This document shows, one piece after another, positions 38,247 to 49,026 of a DNA stretch of 64,000 bases. This DNA is from Candidatus Bathyarchaeia archaeon (lineage in GTDB: Archaea > Thermoproteota > Bathyarchaeia > Bathyarchaeales > Bathycorpusculaceae). The notes beneath the pieces are model-generated. The model did no database searches. It saw only the letters and a list, made by a program, of their open reading frames with translations, and was not told where the DNA came from. Where the stretch lies: assembly GCA_049512075.1 (NCBI GenBank), contig JBEKXL010000005.1:69847-133846 (forward strand), in the 5' to 3' direction. A program made the position numbers and the translations under genes. Positions within the stretch are counted from its first letter, which is position 1, and every line of letters starts with the position of its first letter.

Positions 38247-40478
38247 GTGAAAATAGAGGAACTATCGATACCAGAAGCCGTCAAAGAATTGACAATCAAA
38301 TCTGGAATTGTTGAACTCTATCCGCCGCAGGAGGAGGCGATAAAGGCAGGGGCTCTTGAAGGAAAAAACCTCGTCTTGGCCAGTCCAACCGCTTCCGGGA
38401 AGACCTTGGTGGCGGAGTTTTGCGCCTTAAAACACGTACTGGAAAGAAACGGAAAGGCCATTTACCTGACACCTCTGAGGGCATTGGCAAACGAGAAATT
38501 TGAAGAGTTCAAAAAGTACACCTCGATAACGAAGAAGAGTGGAAGAAAGATAAGGGTTGGAATAAGCACAGGCGACTTTGACAGCACCGACGCTTGGTTG
38601 GAAAGATTTGACGTAATCATCACGACGAACGAAAAAGCCGATTCACTCTTGAGGCACAGGACCAAGTGGATGGATGAAATTTCCCTCGTAGTTGCGGATG
38701 AGATTCACCTGTTGAATGAAGCTGAGCGCGGACCGACGCTTGAGGTGGTTCTGGCGAGACTGATGCTTACCAATCCTGATGTGCAGATTTTGGCCTTAAG
38801 TGCAACGATAAACAACGTGGACGAGATCGCCCAGTGGCTTAAAGCAGATTACGTCACGACCGAATGGCGACCCGTTGCTCTCAAGGAAGGGGTTCTGCTT
38901 AATGAAGAAATCCAATACCGCGACGGGGACTCCCGAAAGTTAGAAAAGAAAACGCGCGATCCAACCTTGAACTTGGTTTTGAACACTGTTAGGACGGGAG
39001 GACAGGCCTTGGTTTTCGCTTCGACAAGGAAAAACGCGGCTGTTCTGGCCAAGAGAATTGCTGGCGAAATCGGACCAGTCCTGTCTAAGCCTGCCAAGCG
39101 GTCGTTGGAGCACGATGCAAATCGCATCTTAGCTGTTGGAGAAAGAACGTCGCTCGGCGAGTCGCTTGCCGAAACGGTCAAGTGCGGCACCGCTTTCCAT
39201 CACGCTGGCTTAGGCGGCGGCCACCGAAAGTTGATAGAGGATGCGTTCAGACAGGGGAGAATCAAGGTTCTGACAGCAACGCCGACGTTGGCTTTCGGCG
39301 TAAACCTGCCGGCTAGAACGGTCGTCATACAAGATTACCGGCGATACGAAGCAGGTTACGGCTACTACCCAATCAGCGTGTTGGAGTACAAGCAGATGGC
39401 CGGCAGGGCTGGGAGACCAAAATACGACAAGACAGGCGAAGCCATACTCATAGCCAAAACCAACGACGAGGCAGATTATCTGCTGGAAAGCTACATTCTC
39501 GCGAGGCCAGAACGCATCTGGTCCAGGCTCGCCGTTGAAAGGATAATGAGGACTCACGTGCTGGCCACTGTTGCAGCGGACTACGCTCACACGGAGCGTG
39601 GAATCTACGAGTTCTTCGGCAAGACCTTCTATGCCTTCCAGTACGACGTCAACGCAATCAAGGGCATAGTAGCCAAAATTCTCAAGTATCTCTATGATGA
39701 GGACATGATAGAAGTCTTCGGCGAAGACATCAACGCCACAAGATTCGGAAAACGAGTCAGCGAACTCTACATCGACCCGTTCTCAGCCGTCATAATCCGC
39801 GACGCTCTGAGGCAAAAACCTGCACTCCTGACGGATTTCAGCTTGTTACAGATGATCGCCCACACCCCCGACATGGGTCCCGTACTGCGGCCGTACACGC
39901 GGGAGCTGGATGAGATTGGGGTCTTTCTAGAGCAGCACAAACAAGAGCTTCTAATAGCCCCACCAGACGAGTGGCAGGACAGCATAGCCTATGAAGAGTT
40001 TCTCGGAGAAGTCAAAACAGCCATGACCCTGGGCGCGTGGATTGAAGAGGTGAGCGAAGACCAACTGATAGAAAAGTTCAGAGTGCAACCAGGAGACCTT
40101 TACAGGACGATTGAAAACGCCAAGTGGCTACTCCACGCCACAGATGAAATCGCACAGCTCTTCGGCAACAGACAGATGCTGCCCCAGATTCTTGAAGTGA
40201 ATCGGAGGGTAGAGAAAGGAGTCAAGAAAGAGCTGTTGCCATTAGTGAAGCTGGAAGGAGTTGGCAGGGCTCGCGGGCGCATAATCTACAACGCCGGATA
40301 CAAATCGGCAGAAGAGATAAAACGGGCATCCCTGAATGACCTGGCCAATTTGCCATTGATAGGGCCCAAGCTTGCCAAGAAGATAAAGGAACAAGTCGGC
40401 GGCTTTTTCAAGAGAGAAGCGCTGGAAAAACTTGAAAGAGAAGCTGAATGGAAACAGAAAGCATTGACAGAATACTGA
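38247..40478 (+). CDS. hel308: Ski2-like DNA helicase Hel308/Hjm
   Basis: PTASGKT, DEIH, ALSAT, AFHHAGL, ATPTLAFGVNLPA, QMAGRAGRP, C-terminal HhH. Confidence 0.95.
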   Translation: MKIEELSIPEAVKELTIKSGIVELYPPQEEAIKAGALEGKNLVLASPTASGKTLVAEFCALKHVLERNGKAIYLTPLRALANEKFEEFKKYTSITKKSGRKIRVGISTGDFDSTDAWLERFDVIITTNEKADSLLRHRTKWMDEISLVVADEIHLLNEAERGPTLEVVLARLMLTNPDVQILALSATINNVDEIAQWLKADYVTTEWRPVALKEGVLLNEEIQYRDGDSRKLEKKTRDPTLNLVLNTVRTGGQALVFASTRKNAAVLAKRIAGEIGPVLSKPAKRSLEHDANRILAVGERTSLGESLAETVKCGTAFHHAGLGGGHRKLIEDAFRQGRIKVLTATPTLAFGVNLPARTVVIQDYRRYEAGYGYYPISVLEYKQMAGRAGRPKYDKTGEAILIAKTNDEADYLLESYILARPERIWSRLAVERIMRTHVLATVAADYAHTERGIYEFFGKTFYAFQYDVNAIKGIVAKILKYLYDEDMIEVFGEDINATRFGKRVSELYIDPFSAVIIRDALRQKPALLTDFSLLQMIAHTPDMGPVLRPYTRELDEIGVFLEQHKQELLIAPPDEWQDSIAYEEFLGEVKTAMTLGAWIEEVSEDQLIEKFRVQPGDLYRTIENAKWLLHATDEIAQLFGNRQMLPQILEVNRRVEKGVKKELLPLVKLEGVGRARGRIIYNAGYKSAEEIKRASLNDLANLPLIGPKLAKKIKEQVGGFFKREALEKLEREAEWKQKALTEY

Positions 40479-40574
40479 TTGGCATGAGCCTGCAGCAACT
40501 GACTGCTTTTCTTGGGTCATCAGCCCCAAAAATCATTCGCAGGCTTCCGATGATAGTATTTGCGTTGAAAGCGC

Positions 40575-41936
40575 TTATCCTCTTGTTCTGCGTTTCTCAA
40601 TTGTTTTCTTGACCGCAGAGTCAATTTGGCTCGTTGCGGTGCCCAAGTAATTCCTGGGGTTCAAGGCTTTGTCTATCTCCTTTTTATCTAGCTTTTTACT
40701 CACAACTTTATCTTCCTGAAGTATTTCTTTGAATGGCTGCATCTCTCGTTCGCTTTTCAAAGCCAGTTTTCTCATCAGTTCGTGAGCTTCCTGTCGATTC
40801 ATACCCTTCTGTACCAACGCCATCATCACGGCTTCAGACATAAGGCGTCCCTGGGTCAATCCAATATTGCTTAACATCTTCTGTTCGTCAACGTGTAAGC
40901 CATCGATGATAGTGGTCATCAGAAAAAGCATATAATCCGTCAGTATGCATATTTCTGGAAATATGAAGCGTTCAGCAGATGATTGGGTCAAATCTCGTTC
41001 GTGCCAGGTTGTGACATCCTCCAATGCTGGAATAACCAGGCTTCTGGCAATTCTTGCCAAGCCGCAAATTCTTTCACAAGTCTCGGGGTTCCGTTTGTGA
41101 GGCATCGTTGAACTGCCAACCTGCTTTTCTGCCTCGAAATATTCGGAAAGCTCGCCGATTTCGGGCCTCTGCAGTTCGCGAATTTCGGTGGCAAAATTCT
41201 CCAGTGTGGAAGCGATTCCGGCCAGCAGGCACACCATTTCAGCGTGACGGTCTCTCTGTACGATTTGGGTGGAGATGTCGGCAGGTTCAATGCCTAAACG
41301 TTGCATGACGAGGTTCTGGATTTTTCTAGCGTTTGTTCCCAAACCCGCCTGTGTGCCTACGGCACCGCTCATTTTTCCAACCACAACCCGTTGCTCGCAT
41401 TGTCTAAGCCGCTCAATGTGTCTGGAAACCTCACGTATCCAAACGGCAAATTTGAAACCCAGCGTTATTGGTAGCGCGTGTTGTCCGTGAGTCCTCCCGA
41501 CCATCAACGTGTTCTTGTATTTCAAGGCCTTCTCCATCAGAATCTTTTCAAGGTCGCCTAATCTCATGTCGATGAGCTGCAGCGCATCCTTCAGTTGCAG
41601 AGCAGTCGCAGTGTCCACGATGTCGTAGCTTGTAGCTCCCAAATGAACGTAAGCTCCGCTTGGTCCGCAAGCCTCAGCCAACGCTCTGACTAGAGAGGCA
41701 ACGTCATGTTTTATTTCACGCTCAATTTCTTTGATTCGGCGCAGTTCTACATGTTCCAGCAAACACACAGACGCGATTTTCTCCGCGTCCTTTCGAGGTA
41801 TATCCCCCACTTCGGCGTGCGCCCAAACCAATGCAGCCTCAACGTCGAGCATTTTTTGGACCCGTGTCTCCTCCTCAAAAATCTTCTTCATTTCAGGCGT
41901 GCCATAGCGGCCCGTGTCAACGGGGAGAATTGGCAA
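40575..41936 (-). CDS. purB: Adenylosuccinate lyase
   Basis: HDV, HLGATSYD, GRTHGQHA, GSSTMPHKRNP, HERDL. Confidence 0.95.
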   Translation of the reverse strand: MPILPVDTGRYGTPEMKKIFEEETRVQKMLDVEAALVWAHAEVGDIPRKDAEKIASVCLLEHVELRRIKEIEREIKHDVASLVRALAEACGPSGAYVHLGATSYDIVDTATALQLKDALQLIDMRLGDLEKILMEKALKYKNTLMVGRTHGQHALPITLGFKFAVWIREVSRHIERLRQCEQRVVVGKMSGAVGTQAGLGTNARKIQNLVMQRLGIEPADISTQIVQRDRHAEMVCLLAGIASTLENFATEIRELQRPEIGELSEYFEAEKQVGSSTMPHKRNPETCERICGLARIARSLVIPALEDVTTWHERDLTQSSAERFIFPEICILTDYMLFLMTTIIDGLHVDEQKMLSNIGLTQGRLMSEAVMMALVQKGMNRQEAHELMRKLALKSEREMQPFKEILQEDKVVSKKLDKKEIDKALNPRNYLGTATSQIDSAVKKTIEKRRTRG

Positions 41937-42024
41937 CTTCAGTGTCCCTCATGCAGAGTAAGCTGACTAAAGATTAATGCTTTACCAAACACTGTGTAGA
42001 GACTGGCCTGAAGGTTCCTTTGAA

Positions 42025-43491
42025 ATGGGCGCACTAGTGGCAGTTCTGAACAAGAGGGGCGAGGACGCGGTAGGAACAGCACTCGCCATGGTCGAAGCAA
42101 TGAACTCTAATGACTCTGAAGCCTACGGAATAGCTTCATCCACGATCGTGAGGACAGAAGGATCCCTTTCGATTCTCAAGAAAACGAACATAGAGTCTTC
42201 GACTGCCGTTGGTTACGCGTTCTCCAAGATTCTTCCCAAAGACAAGCCTCAACCGTTGAAGCTAGAGGATGCGGCAATGGTTTTTGATGGAAGACTCTAT
42301 CCCGTTGAAACTGCAAAACCCGATGCAGAGATCGCGGCGAAAAAGCTGGAGGCGAACCTTGAACAGGCGGCCACAGTGTTTGTCAAGAAAACAAACGGCG
42401 ACTTCGCCTTTGCGATAGCCAAACCTGAAAAAATCATAACAGCTAGAGACTCTATGGGCGTTCGCCCGCTTTATTATGGCGAGAACGCAGAGTTTGCAGC
42501 CTTGGCTTCTGAACGAAAAGCATTGTGGAGCATCGGAATGAGGGAGACAGCTTCATTTCCGCCAGGGTGTGTGTCACTAGTTGAGAGAAGCGGTTTCAAA
42601 TTCACCGTCGCGAGAACAATCACTTATTCCAGACCAAAGCGAATCACAATGCAGACCGCGGCACGCAGGCTTCGAACGCTCTTAGAGCATTCTGTCCGAG
42701 AAAGGGTCTCAGGTTTGAAGGAAGTGGTAATTGCTTTCTCCGGCGGCTTGGACAGCAGCATCATTGCCTCTTTGGCAAAGAAAGCCGGGAGTAACGTCAT
42801 TCTGATTCACGTAAGTTTGGAGAACGAGCCGGAAGTAGAATACGCCAAGCAGGCAGCAGAAGAACTGAAACTCCCGTTATACTGTTACCTTCACGATGAG
42901 CACGAAGTCCTTCAGACAATCCCGAAAGTCATCGGCGCCATTGAGGAACCACAACCCGTCAAAGTGAGTATAGGCATCCCGATATACTGGACTGCCGAAA
43001 AAACCGCCGAAATGGACTTCAGGGTGATGCTGGCCGGGCAAGGGGCGGACGAGCTTTTCGGCGGCTACAAGCGGTACCTAGACGAATACTTAGGAGGTGG
43101 CAGTGAGAAGGCGCAAAAGGCAATTTTCAACGATATCATTGGAATGTATGAAGACAATCTAGAGAGAGATTCCAAAATCTGTAACCACTTGAACGTTGAG
43201 CTCCGACTGCCTTTCGCAACGATCAGCATGGCGAAATTCGCGATAAATCTACCGTTGGAGCTGAAGATGGAACGAACAAGCAACACGCTCAGGAAGCTCG
43301 TCCTGAGGAGGGTGGCCAAAGATCTTCTGCTGCCACAATCAATCGTGGACAGACCGAAGAGAGCTATCCAGTACACGACAGGCATAAACAAGGCCCTCAA
43401 GAAACTTGCCAAGCAAGAAGGGGTGCCAATGGCCGAATACTTCGAGAAAGTGTTTGAAAAAACTTTCGGGGAACAAGCTCCTCACGACTAA
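42025..43491 (+). CDS. Asparagine synthetase B-like amidotransferase
   Basis: RDSMGVRPLYY, FSGGLDSS, GQGADELFGGY, RPKRAIQY. The N-terminal Cys is absent (MGALV). Confidence 0.85.
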   Translation: MGALVAVLNKRGEDAVGTALAMVEAMNSNDSEAYGIASSTIVRTEGSLSILKKTNIESSTAVGYAFSKILPKDKPQPLKLEDAAMVFDGRLYPVETAKPDAEIAAKKLEANLEQAATVFVKKTNGDFAFAIAKPEKIITARDSMGVRPLYYGENAEFAALASERKALWSIGMRETASFPPGCVSLVERSGFKFTVARTITYSRPKRITMQTAARRLRTLLEHSVRERVSGLKEVVIAFSGGLDSSIIASLAKKAGSNVILIHVSLENEPEVEYAKQAAEELKLPLYCYLHDEHEVLQTIPKVIGAIEEPQPVKVSIGIPIYWTAEKTAEMDFRVMLAGQGADELFGGYKRYLDEYLGGGSEKAQKAIFNDIIGMYEDNLERDSKICNHLNVELRLPFATISMAKFAINLPLELKMERTSNTLRKLVLRRVAKDLLLPQSIVDRPKRAIQYTTGINKALKKLAKQEGVPMAEYFEKVFEKTFGEQAPHD

Positions 43492-43729
43492 AGTGACTTG
43501 GCACGCACTGATAACAGAGCCAATCTTACGACTAGATCCCTTTTCGTTTATCGCTTGACTGACAGGCAAGTTGACCCAAAATCGCGCACACGCATGTCTG
43601 CTCTCTCAAAAACTGCTGCCAAAAAATGTTACACCTGACGCAACAGCACAAGGAGAGGACACACGACCTAACATTGCCACAGATTAATTACAGATTACAT
43701 CTGACGCAAGTAGAAGAGGGAGGGAAGCT

Positions 43730-43913
43730 CAACATCGAAATGTTACAATGCAACATTACATCTGACGTTACAAATAAACGGAACGGGTTAGCTCTGAACG
43801 GAGGTCCAGGCCCGTTTTCTTCATGGTTTGTTACAATCCACATTACATCGGACATTACAAACAAAAAGAGGGGGGGGCAAAAACAAAACATCGCGATCTT
43901 GTAAAACATAATG
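43730..43913 (+). repeat. Dispersed intergenic repeat, copy A
   Basis: Two ACATTACATC(T/G)GAC(G/A)TTACA motifs ending at 43772 and 43859; homologous to 49027..49142 and 63624..63809 in reverse orientation. Confidence 0.9.
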
Positions 43914-44082
43914 CGCGCGCGCTTGAAAAATGCACGCACTCCGAACGGTAAAGCCCATGCTTCCGTAATGCACGGTATAGGGCAGCATAGCGCGTGTGTA
44001 GAGTGAATAAAAAAGTGCGAAAGAGTCTAAGATGCGTCAGCAGAGTTTAGTGTATGAAACGCACACAATGAACTCTGAGATT

Positions 44083-44265
44083 TTACTCGACCACTTGGAT
44101 TGCACTTTCGGGGCATTGGACTTCGCATGCTCTGCACACGAGGCATTCTTCAGATTTGACAGCGACGGACTTCTTCTCCTTGACCTCGTAGACACCTACC
44201 GGGCATGTATCAGCACACGTGCCGCATCCAGTGCACTTAGCATTATCTATGACTATTTTCACCAT
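44083..44265 (-). CDS. 2[4Fe-4S] ferredoxin
   Basis: CTGCGTCADTCP and CLVCRACEVQCP. Confidence 0.92.
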   Translation of the reverse strand: MVKIVIDNAKCTGCGTCADTCPVGVYEVKEKKSVAVKSEECLVCRACEVQCPESAIQVVE

Positions 44266-44331
44266 TTTCATTTCCCCTGAGACCGGAATTTCAGTGAAAA
44301 ATGAAAGTGGAATAAAAGTGTTTAGGTGCAT

Positions 44332-46071
44332 TTAGTGGGTTTCTTCACGTAGTCTTAAGAGGATTCCATTAATCGTTGTTTTGGCTCTGTCTTTCCTGCG
44401 CTCGTAATCTCCCAGAAGCTTACGGTAGGTTTCCAACGATATCTCTCCCCTAGTTTGGCGGGCTTCAATGCTTTTAATGTTACCCTCTGCTTCGTCGATT
44501 TCGGTTTCGGCAACTTCAAGCTGTCGCATCAGATCTGAGTAGTGACCGCCAGCCGAGTGCATTTTGCCCCCCGCCTCTGCCAGCGTTCTATCCAACGCGC
44601 TGAGGCGAGTTTCCAAGGTTTTCTTCTGCACCTTGTACCTTCGCCTGGGGATTCTTCCTTTCTGCACCCTGGCCTCAAGAGCGTCGATCTCTCCTTCTAT
44701 TTTCATTTTCTCGTCATACGCATCCACAAAGGCCCTAGTATCTTCTGGACGAAGCCTCAGAGTCGTTGAAGGAACCGCGACTCCGCTTGGAGCCCTGGGC
44801 CTTTTCCAAATCATGACAACCACAGAGCCAACAATCGCGAAGGCCCAAACCCACATTGTGGGACCTAAAGCCAGCCACAAGGGATTATACGTGTAGCTAA
44901 GGTTCACGGTGAAACTGTCAAGAGAGATTACGTTCTGCTCGCTTACACTCATGGTCTCCTGGTAAACGTCACGGTTGACACCGTAGAAATTGCCTGCCAG
45001 GGTGGTTTCGAAACTTGACAGTCGCGCACCTTCAGGCAAGACGAAGCCGACTGAAGCCTGGTCAATGTAGCTAATCGAGTCTTGGAAAAAGCTCATGTTT
45101 ACAGCGAAGCTGCCAGCCTGTTTACTAACGTAGACGTTATCAGGCAGATTGTAGTTCACCGTAAACTTCATTGCATTGTTAGGGTCCACTGGCAACGTGA
45201 AGCTAATTGTGTACCGATTCGGGTTGTTACCAGTAGCCGCCGGTGTCACAGCTGGTATCCCGACTTGATCATTCCCGGCTAGGTTCGACGCGTTAGGAGG
45301 CACAACGAAATCCATTGACTCCATCGTGAACGTCGAGTTGTTCGTTACATAATAGAAGTCAGAAACGCTCGCCTGACCGAACGCGTTTATGCTCACCTCA
45401 CGAGTGAGCTGTTTAATATCAGAAATCTGAACACTTCCTGCTGGCAGCAAGAAAATCACTTGAGACGTATTGTAGGTGAAGGCACTCAAATTCTCCACGT
45501 TGTAAGTGAGGCTGCTAATCGTTCCATTTATGTACTGTGCGTCTGGGACAACAACCGAGCAATTGCAAACAGGGGCGGTTTCTGTCAGGCTTGGAAATGC
45601 TGGAAAAACAAGTCGAAACATACTTGCATTCGAATAGGCCTGCTGAAAACTGTTTGAAAATACAGATATGACGCTGAAGACCTGCGGTGTTCCTTTCGAA
45701 AAATCGACTTTCACTCCGTAGAAACCAACACGATCTTCAAGCGGCACGTTAAGTGAGACTGGAAACGTGTTAGCTGTGTCATTGGTGCTGTAAGCAATCG
45801 CACTGACTACACTCGGACCAAAAGTGTGCGGAAAACCAAGCAGAAAGCTGTCTGTTTGCCCGGATATCGCTATCGTGTCATTCACAAGAACGTATCCGTT
45901 GTACAAGACCCCCACCGTGTGGTTCACGCTTTCTATACTGTAGCTGGAGCTTGCCCTGGCAGACGTGATGTTGAAAGAAGCCAAAGCAAGAACTACCATA
46001 GCCAAGGCCAAGATGATGAACGCGGCGACGGTTTTCTTCACGCTTATTCCTCCGACCAGACTAACACTCAT
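44332..46071 (-). CDS. Ribophorin I (RPN1/Ost1)-like type I membrane protein
   Basis: Signal peptide, beta-rich extracellular region, one TM helix, helical C-tail; LTREVSINAFGQ, VPPNA...DQVG, FTVNYNLP, VLPEGA, SYTYN. Confidence 0.7.
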   Translation of the reverse strand: MSVSLVGGISVKKTVAAFIILALAMVVLALASFNITSARASSSYSIESVNHTVGVLYNGYVLVNDTIAISGQTDSFLLGFPHTFGPSVVSAIAYSTNDTANTFPVSLNVPLEDRVGFYGVKVDFSKGTPQVFSVISVFSNSFQQAYSNASMFRLVFPAFPSLTETAPVCNCSVVVPDAQYINGTISSLTYNVENLSAFTYNTSQVIFLLPAGSVQISDIKQLTREVSINAFGQASVSDFYYVTNNSTFTMESMDFVVPPNASNLAGNDQVGIPAVTPAATGNNPNRYTISFTLPVDPNNAMKFTVNYNLPDNVYVSKQAGSFAVNMSFFQDSISYIDQASVGFVLPEGARLSSFETTLAGNFYGVNRDVYQETMSVSEQNVISLDSFTVNLSYTYNPLWLALGPTMWVWAFAIVGSVVVMIWKRPRAPSGVAVPSTTLRLRPEDTRAFVDAYDEKMKIEGEIDALEARVQKGRIPRRRYKVQKKTLETRLSALDRTLAEAGGKMHSAGGHYSDLMRQLEVAETEIDEAEGNIKSIEARQTRGEISLETYRKLLGDYERRKDRAKTTINGILLRLREETH

Positions 46072-46197
46072 ATGAGGCTTGTATTTATTGATACGCTCAT
46101 TTATTTACTTTTAGACTTAGACCATCTCGGTCACGTATATACTTAGCTTTTCTTTCCAGGGGACAAAGAAATAGTACCGCGCCCCCGCACGATTCAG

Positions 46198-46572
46198 CTA
46201 TCGTCTTCTGTGCTTGAGGTAGTAATCTTGCTCTTTCTTGGTGCCGAAGCTTCTAACGCTCTTCTCTTTGAGCTGCTCCCTGAGCTTCTGAGCGTATTCT
46301 TTGTCGATTTCGCCCCTTTTCTCCAAGTAACAGACTATTTCTTCAGCCTGTTCCTTCGTGTCGCATCGCCTGATGAAGTCTATCACGTCCGGCATGTAGT
46401 CATCGAAGCTCTGTGAGGTTGCAGCCTTTTCCCCGTCTTCTTGGTTAGTTCGAACAGAGTTCACTCGAACTTTGTTTTCATCAGCCTGCAAGTCTTTGAC
46501 CAGGTTAGGGAACATCCTCTTCAAGGATTCTCTGTCCAATTCCATACTTGCACCTTCCCTTCTAGCGTCCAT
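46198..46572 (-). CDS. DUF2095 family protein
   Basis: FPNL, PDVIDFIRRC, YLEKRGEI, VRSFG. Confidence 0.8.
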   Translation of the reverse strand: MDARREGASMELDRESLKRMFPNLVKDLQADENKVRVNSVRTNQEDGEKAATSQSFDDYMPDVIDFIRRCDTKEQAEEIVCYLEKRGEIDKEYAQKLREQLKEKSVRSFGTKKEQDYYLKHRRR

Positions 46573-46674
46573 TCACTCATATTGTCTTTTGCAAAAACCA
46601 ATATTTAAGAATCCTCAAATTTCGCCAGTAAATACTAGTGGGAGCGCCGTCTAGACTCAAGCCTGCCATAAGAT

Positions 46675-47925
46675 CTAATGCTTCACCATTTGCTCGTACA
46701 GTTCCAGCGTTTTCTCAGCTATCTTGTCCCAGGTGAATTCTTCCAAGACTCGTTTTCTGCCGTTCTTTCCAAGCCATTTCATCTTCTCTGGGCTTTCTAG
46801 GACGCTGATGATCCCCCAGGCGATGTCCGTCGGGTTGCCCGGATCTATGTGGAACCCGCACTGGTCTTCTCCACAACATATAACTATCTCTCGCATTCCG
46901 CTAACTCCTGCTGCGCCGACGACAACGGGTTTTTCCATGCTCATAGCCTCTAGGACAACTATGCCGAATGGTTCATAGTGGCTTGGGAATACGGCCACGT
47001 CGCAGGCCGCGTAATGAAGAATGCGTTCCTCCTCGGGGAGGAATTCGAAGCGGAATTTCACGTAGTCGTTCAGTCTCATGTAGTTGACCAAGTTCTTCAA
47101 GTAGTCTTGAAGATCGCCCAAACCTAAGACGACCAGTTTGGCTTTAGGTATCTTCTGAAGAATGTGAGGCATAGCCATTATGAGCTTGTCAACTCCCTTG
47201 ACGCCGACAAGTCTGCCGATAAAGAGAATCATGACCTCGTCGTCCTTGACACCGTAGAGGCTTCTAATCTTCTTTACCTGTTCAGCCGCCACGTCTTGTG
47301 GGTTATATTTCTGTGCATCAACGCCGTTGTAGCACACCTGTATTCTATCTTTGGGAAATCCGAGCTTTGTGAGCTCTTCCTTCATTGCGTAAGAAACCGT
47401 AACAATCATGTCAGCTGCCTTTGCAGCGTGAAGTTCAATGTTGCTGACCACCTCGGAACCGTTTCCAAGCGTCCTCCCCTTCTCCGTAGAGTGCACGTGA
47501 AAAGCGAAGGGCAGTCCGACTTCTTTCTTGACTGTGATGCCGCCGATGGCTGAAAGCCAGTCGTGTGCAACGACAAGGTCATACTTAATGTTCTCCTTCT
47601 TGATGAGTTCGTTGACGAGTTTTGAAGCGCTCAGATAGTTGTAGATGAGAATTTTAGAGAACAGATGGAGGCCTCGGCCCCATTTTCTGATGTCTTCAGC
47701 AATTACGTCTGGGAGAGAATCAGAGATGTCAATGTGTAGGGGGCGATGTATCTCAATGCCGCGCCATATCTCCCGTGTTGGGAGGGTTCCAGCATCGTCA
47801 TTCATCGTGAAGACCGTGACGTCATTGTCCGTTAGAACAAATTTTCTCGTGATCTCGGCAGCGTAGGTTCCTAAACCGCCAACGATCTTCGGAGGATACT
47901 CGTAGACGAGAACAGCCATCTTCAT
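46675..47925 (-). CDS. GT4 glycosyltransferase, glycogen-synthase-like
   Basis: EYPPKIVGGLG, HDWL, HSTEKGR, YEPFGIVVLEAM. Confidence 0.88.
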   Translation of the reverse strand: MKMAVLVYEYPPKIVGGLGTYAAEITRKFVLTDNDVTVFTMNDDAGTLPTREIWRGIEIHRPLHIDISDSLPDVIAEDIRKWGRGLHLFSKILIYNYLSASKLVNELIKKENIKYDLVVAHDWLSAIGGITVKKEVGLPFAFHVHSTEKGRTLGNGSEVVSNIELHAAKAADMIVTVSYAMKEELTKLGFPKDRIQVCYNGVDAQKYNPQDVAAEQVKKIRSLYGVKDDEVMILFIGRLVGVKGVDKLIMAMPHILQKIPKAKLVVLGLGDLQDYLKNLVNYMRLNDYVKFRFEFLPEEERILHYAACDVAVFPSHYEPFGIVVLEAMSMEKPVVVGAAGVSGMREIVICCGEDQCGFHIDPGNPTDIAWGIISVLESPEKMKWLGKNGRKRVLEEFTWDKIAEKTLELYEQMVKH

Positions 47926-48147
47926 CTTTCGACGTTTCTCCTTCTAACAAATGGTGTCTATTGATTACTGAGCCATTGTTTATTTACCTTCCTAATGGAC
48001 TTTACGTACTTGCAATCATTATCGAGAGTCCTCGAAGCTTCCCATCAATTGCCTTTTAACCAGCTTCGAGTCAATGATCGTGAAGTCACGGAAGAACCAT
48101 GAAAAGCCTATTAGGCACATGTGACAAACTAAGACGAGTGCAACAGT

Positions 48148-48735
48148 ATGAGCATATCGCCTGTTAAACGTTTAGTTCTTGAAACCATATGGTTGTTGGA
48201 CAGACCTGCAAAGGCCACGGAGATAGCAAAAGAGGCTGGACTGGGTTTTCCGCCGGTTATGATGCACATTCTAGGACTCACAAAGATGGGACACATTGAA
48301 ATGCCAGAAAAAGGAATGTACGTCATAACGGAAAGCGGCAAAAAAATGCTCGGCCTCCCCGATATCAGCAGGGAAAAGGCGGCTGAAATCCTCGCGTACT
48401 TGCCAATGGAAAAATCGTTCCACTTCTACGCCGACATCGGCAAGCCTCTCAACGTTCATGCCGCAAGCCTGGGTGACTTCTGCGACAAAATCCAGAAAGT
48501 TGACCTGTCTTCTATAGAGTTTCACATCGACCGCGGCGATTTCGAAGCTTGGTTTGCCGGGTTAGGCGATGCAGAACTCGCAAGGAAAACGCTGCTCGTC
48601 CGAGAAGAAAAGATAGCCGGAGAGGACCTGCGCAAGAAGCTCTACGAAATAGTGAAAACCCGTTGCGACCTGCTGGCAAGAACAAGGAACACGGCGCTAC
48701 GGCCAGAGCCTTCAACCAAAATCAGGCTGGCTTGA
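48148..48735 (+). CDS. Winged-helix plus DUF5752-like domain protein
   Basis: N-terminal HTH; FHFY...G...ASL..F...SIEFH..RGDFEAW...LGDAELA. Confidence 0.7.
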   Translation: MSISPVKRLVLETIWLLDRPAKATEIAKEAGLGFPPVMMHILGLTKMGHIEMPEKGMYVITESGKKMLGLPDISREKAAEILAYLPMEKSFHFYADIGKPLNVHAASLGDFCDKIQKVDLSSIEFHIDRGDFEAWFAGLGDAELARKTLLVREEKIAGEDLRKKLYEIVKTRCDLLARTRNTALRPEPSTKIRLA

Positions 48736-49026
48736 ACCGTCCCTTAAGCTTCTGAAGAACCTGCTACAACGTCATATACTCTATCTAGCGCGCGCAGGCA
48801 AGTGGATAGCTGCAGTACAAAACGACATTATAGAAGGAAAACTCGGCAAAAGAAGTCGTTGAACGAGCAGGGGCAAAATACCCAAAGACTTTTCGTAATG
48901 AAAATTCCTAAAATGCATATATGTTGCTCTAAAAAGTGGCGCGCGGCTTGGTGCCCGCGTTGTCAATTCAAGTATGCTGAAACACCTTTTGCATCATAGC
49001 CTTTCGAAGTCGCTTCCCTTTTTCAC

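Noticed and set aside
43753-43859. Repeat-spacer-repeat unit as a mini CRISPR array
   Set aside because: The ~67-bp spacer is homologous across all three copies, there are only two repeats per unit, and no cas genes are present.
43626-43904. ORFs 43626..43904 (+) and 63636..63824 (-) sharing ITSD(I/V)TNK repeats, read as a protein family
   Set aside because: The similarity is explained by the DNA repeat. Their N-termini are unrelated and copy B has an in-frame TAG. Treated as non-coding, though not fully excluded.
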